Source of the DNA: Escherichia coli
Lineage (GTDB): Bacteria > Pseudomonadota > Gammaproteobacteria > Enterobacterales > Enterobacteriaceae
Length of the DNA: 1,217 nt
Reading direction: 5' to 3' (one strand)
Assembly (NCBI RefSeq): GCF_003334255.1
Contig: NZ_QOWU01000171.1
Positions 1 to 1,217 of the stretch are shown piece by piece (within the stretch, counting starts at the first letter, position 1; each line of letters opens with the position of its first letter). The translations under genes were made by a program, and so were the position numbers. The notes below the pieces were generated by a model that saw only the letters and a list, made by a program, of their open reading frames with translations, did no database searches and was not told the DNA's origin.

Positions 1-893
1 GCGCTGATTATCTGCTGCAGCATTTCTGCCGGTTTTTCGCACGGATGTTTCCCGGGATAGTACTGCACCGGTTTATGCGTCCACACATCGGTGTACGGCA
101 CCTGCACCGTCACACCAAAATACCGCCGCAGATGCTTATATTCACTCTGCAGTTCCGTATACTGCCGGTTCAGTTCACTGTATGTGCTGACCAGTTGGTG
201 ATGTGGCTTTTCCAGTTCTCCGCGCTGATGCTTCTCTTCTGCCACCCGGGCAAACAGCGCCTGTAATTTCAGATAATCGCTTTCGTCCGGTAGCTGCCAC
301 TGGCTGGCACTGAACCAGTGCGACACCATGTTTTTCTTTCCTGTGGCATCAGCAATCTGTTTTGCCGTTATCCCCAGGGCAGCACGCGCATCACGAAAGT
401 AAGAAATCAGCGGGGCCATCACATGCTGTTTCAGTGCCCTGCCCTTCGCCTCATACCCGGCATCTTTCGGGCGATACGGCCCCTGATAATGTTCCGCGAA
501 CAGAATGCGCTCTGTGGCGGGGAAATATGCCCTCAGGCTTTCCTTGTTGCACCCGTTCCAGCGTCCGGACGGCTTCGCCCAGATAATATGGTTCAGCACA
601 TTGAAGCGTTCACGCATCATGATTTCAATGTCAGACGCCAGGCGATGGCCACAGAACAGGTAAAGACTTCCGGCAGGTTTCAGCACCCGCCAGAACTGCG
701 CCAGACACTGGTCCAGCCATTTCAGGTAATCATCGTCGCCCTTCCACTGGTTATCCCAGCCCTCAGGCTTCACTTTAAAGTACGGCGGGTCCGTGACTAT
801 CAGGTCAACAGAATTTTCGGGTAACGACCGGATAAATTCCAGGCAGTCGGCGTTGATTAACTCACAACTGGATATTTTTACAGTATTAAGCAT
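1..893 (-). CDS. DNA methyltransferase, beta-class (motif IV before motif I), probably N6-adenine-specific; 3' end truncated by the window edge (297 codons visible). Start ATG at 893..891.
   Basis: Reverse-strand translation from ATG 893..891 is open for 297 codons to position 1 with no stop, and an in-frame TGA lies two codons upstream of the ATG. Residues 30-38 read DLIVTDPPY (DPPY at 780..791), the catalytic motif IV of amino-MTases. Residues 283-288 read HPCEKP (30..47), matching the HPxxKP element that in YhdJ/M.RsrI-type enzymes sits just before the FxGxG AdoMet motif, which would lie beyond position 1. The three plus-strand ORFs in the track are antisense to this frame. Confidence 0.9.
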   Translation of the reverse strand, partial: MLNTVKISSCELINADCLEFIRSLPENSVDLIVTDPPYFKVKPEGWDNQWKGDDDYLKWLDQCLAQFWRVLKPAGSLYLFCGHRLASDIEIMMRERFNVLNHIIWAKPSGRWNGCNKESLRAYFPATERILFAEHYQGPYRPKDAGYEAKGRALKQHVMAPLISYFRDARAALGITAKQIADATGKKNMVSHWFSASQWQLPDESDYLKLQALFARVAEEKHQRGELEKPHHQLVSTYSELNRQYTELQSEYKHLRRYFGVTVQVPYTDVWTHKPVQYYPGKHPCEKPAEMLQQIIS

Positions 894-904
894 GGATCAT
901 TAAG

Positions 905-907
905 CCT
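905..907 (-). promoter_or_regulatory. Weak candidate Shine-Dalgarno (AGG) for the methyltransferase, with a long 11-nt spacer to the ATG.
   Basis: Minus-strand sequence upstream of the ATG is GACAGGCTTAATGATCC-ATG. The only purine-rich SD-like triplet is AGG at 907..905, and its spacing is longer than optimal. Confidence 0.25.
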
Positions 908-925
908 GTCTCTGATAGGCTCATT

Positions 926-944
926 CTGCTTTTGCGCAAAGCAG
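926..944. promoter_or_regulatory. Imperfect 19-bp palindrome CTGCTTT-TGCGC-AAAGCAG in the methyltransferase leader; candidate operator or RNA hairpin.
   Basis: Seen directly: 926..932 ctgcttt is the exact reverse complement of 938..944 aaagcag, with a 5-nt centre tgcgc. It lies 33-51 bp upstream of the methyltransferase start codon. No T-tract follows on either strand, so it is not a terminator. Confidence 0.3.
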
Positions 945-1029
945 TGGGCCTGAGGTTTGCTTGTGATCCGGACGCATGAGCAGATGGCTGGTGAGTGCCC
1001 CTAACACCCACCAGCCGCCCATTTACCAC

Positions 1030-1057
1030 AAATAAAAAAGCCTTCACTGCGGAAGGC
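1030..1057 (-). terminator. Rho-independent terminator on the minus strand: 6-bp stem GCCTTC (1057..1052), 6-nt loop, stem GAAGGC (1045..1040), then TTTTTTATTT (1039..1030).
   Basis: Seen directly: plus-strand 1030..1057 is aataaaaaag-ccttc-actgcg-gaaggc, whose reverse complement gives a perfect 6-bp GC-rich stem followed by six T then ATTT. The stop codon of the upstream gene (1046..1044) sits inside the loop and 3' stem. There is no T-tract on the plus strand, so it is unidirectional. Confidence 0.6.
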
Positions 1058-1217
1058 GTCTGTAACAACCGAACTGATAGTCTGCCAGACCCGCCATAAC
1101 CAGCTGGGTCAGTATTAACTGGCAGCGTTCGCGTGAAAGGTAAGTATTCTGCGCAATCTCCCCGACTGTCGCCGGTTCGGTGGCACTTAATTCATTAAAC
1201 ACCACTCTGGCGGTTTC
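1044..1217 (-). CDS. 3' end of an upstream gene (57 codons visible plus TGA stop at 1046..1044); hypothetical protein with a winged-helix/HTH-like C-terminus, possibly a phage replication or regulatory protein. 5' end lies outside the window.
   Basis: Reverse-strand frame entering at 1217 is open for 57 codons (ETARVVFNELSATEPATVGEIAQNTYLSRERCQLILTQLVMAGLADYQFGCYRRLPQ*). The composition looks protein-like, with an HTH-like pattern (TVGEIAQNTYLSRERCQLILTQLVMAGL). The stop is immediately followed by a hairpin plus T-tract terminator on the same strand. Function is inferred only from the motif pattern. Confidence 0.55.
   Translation of the reverse strand, partial: ETARVVFNELSATEPATVGEIAQNTYLSRERCQLILTQLVMAGLADYQFGCYRRLPQ

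Noticed and set aside
45-266. 73-aa plus-strand ORF from the track
   Set aside because: It is antisense to the conserved C-proximal part of the methyltransferase and its translation is low-complexity with no family resemblance; most likely a shadow ORF.
362-586. 74-aa plus-strand ORF from the track
   Set aside because: It is nested within the 318..824 shadow ORF in another frame and antisense to the methyltransferase; the Pro/Ser/His-rich translation has no motif support.
318-824. 168-aa plus-strand ORF from the track (MRHHVFLSCG...)
   Set aside because: It lies entirely inside, and antisense to, the methyltransferase frame, which carries clear DPPY and HPxxKP motifs. The translation is Arg/Pro-rich with no recognisable motifs and no RBS, which is typical of a shadow ORF opposite a real gene.
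1-893. Possibility that the methyltransferase is an orthologue of host Dam (GATC-specific)
   Set aside because: E. coli and T4 Dam are alpha-class enzymes, with the AdoMet motif before DPPY. Here DPPY is N-terminal and the HPxxKP element is distal, which is the beta-class order, so Dam orthology is not supported and the specificity is left unassigned.
886-1068. 60-aa minus-strand ORF from the track
   Set aside because: It begins with a TTG rather than an ATG, runs straight through the terminator hairpin and T-tract, and overlaps the end of the upstream gene and the methyltransferase start in a different frame. This is much more plausibly non-coding leader.
1-1217. CRISPR array, tRNA or rRNA, or insertion-sequence ends
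   Set aside because: There are no direct repeats with regular spacers, no cloverleaf-compatible segments, and no terminal inverted repeats or transposase-like frames. The only repeat-like element is the short palindrome at 926..944.

Overview
The window reads as part of a prophage-like early region, with both real genes on the minus strand. (1) Positions 1..893 encode the N-terminal 297 codons of a beta-class DNA methyltransferase whose C-terminus runs off the left edge; the provided ORF track misses it because it has no stop in the window. Its start is the ATG at 893..891 (protein MLNTVKISSCELINADCLEFIRSLPENSVDLIVTDPPYF...), with motif IV DPPY at 780..791 and HPCEKP, the usual lead-in to the AdoMet-binding motif I, at 30..47. 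(2) Positions 1044..1217 hold the C-terminal 57 codons of an upstream gene ending in a winged-helix-like segment, with its TGA stop at 1044..1046. (3) Between them lies a minus-strand intrinsic terminator (1030..1057) and a roughly 150 bp leader containing an imperfect palindrome and the only two GATC sites in the window. I see no rRNA, tRNA, CRISPR array or mobile-element end. All plus-strand ORFs in the track are antisense to the methyltransferase and are judged to be shadow ORFs. I do not see a complete novel system here. The points worth follow-up are the apparently orphan methyltransferase with an internal HTH-like insertion, its terminator-gated expression, and the GATC and palindrome pattern in its leader. 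Nothing was computed with tools; all homology statements are from reading the translation by eye.
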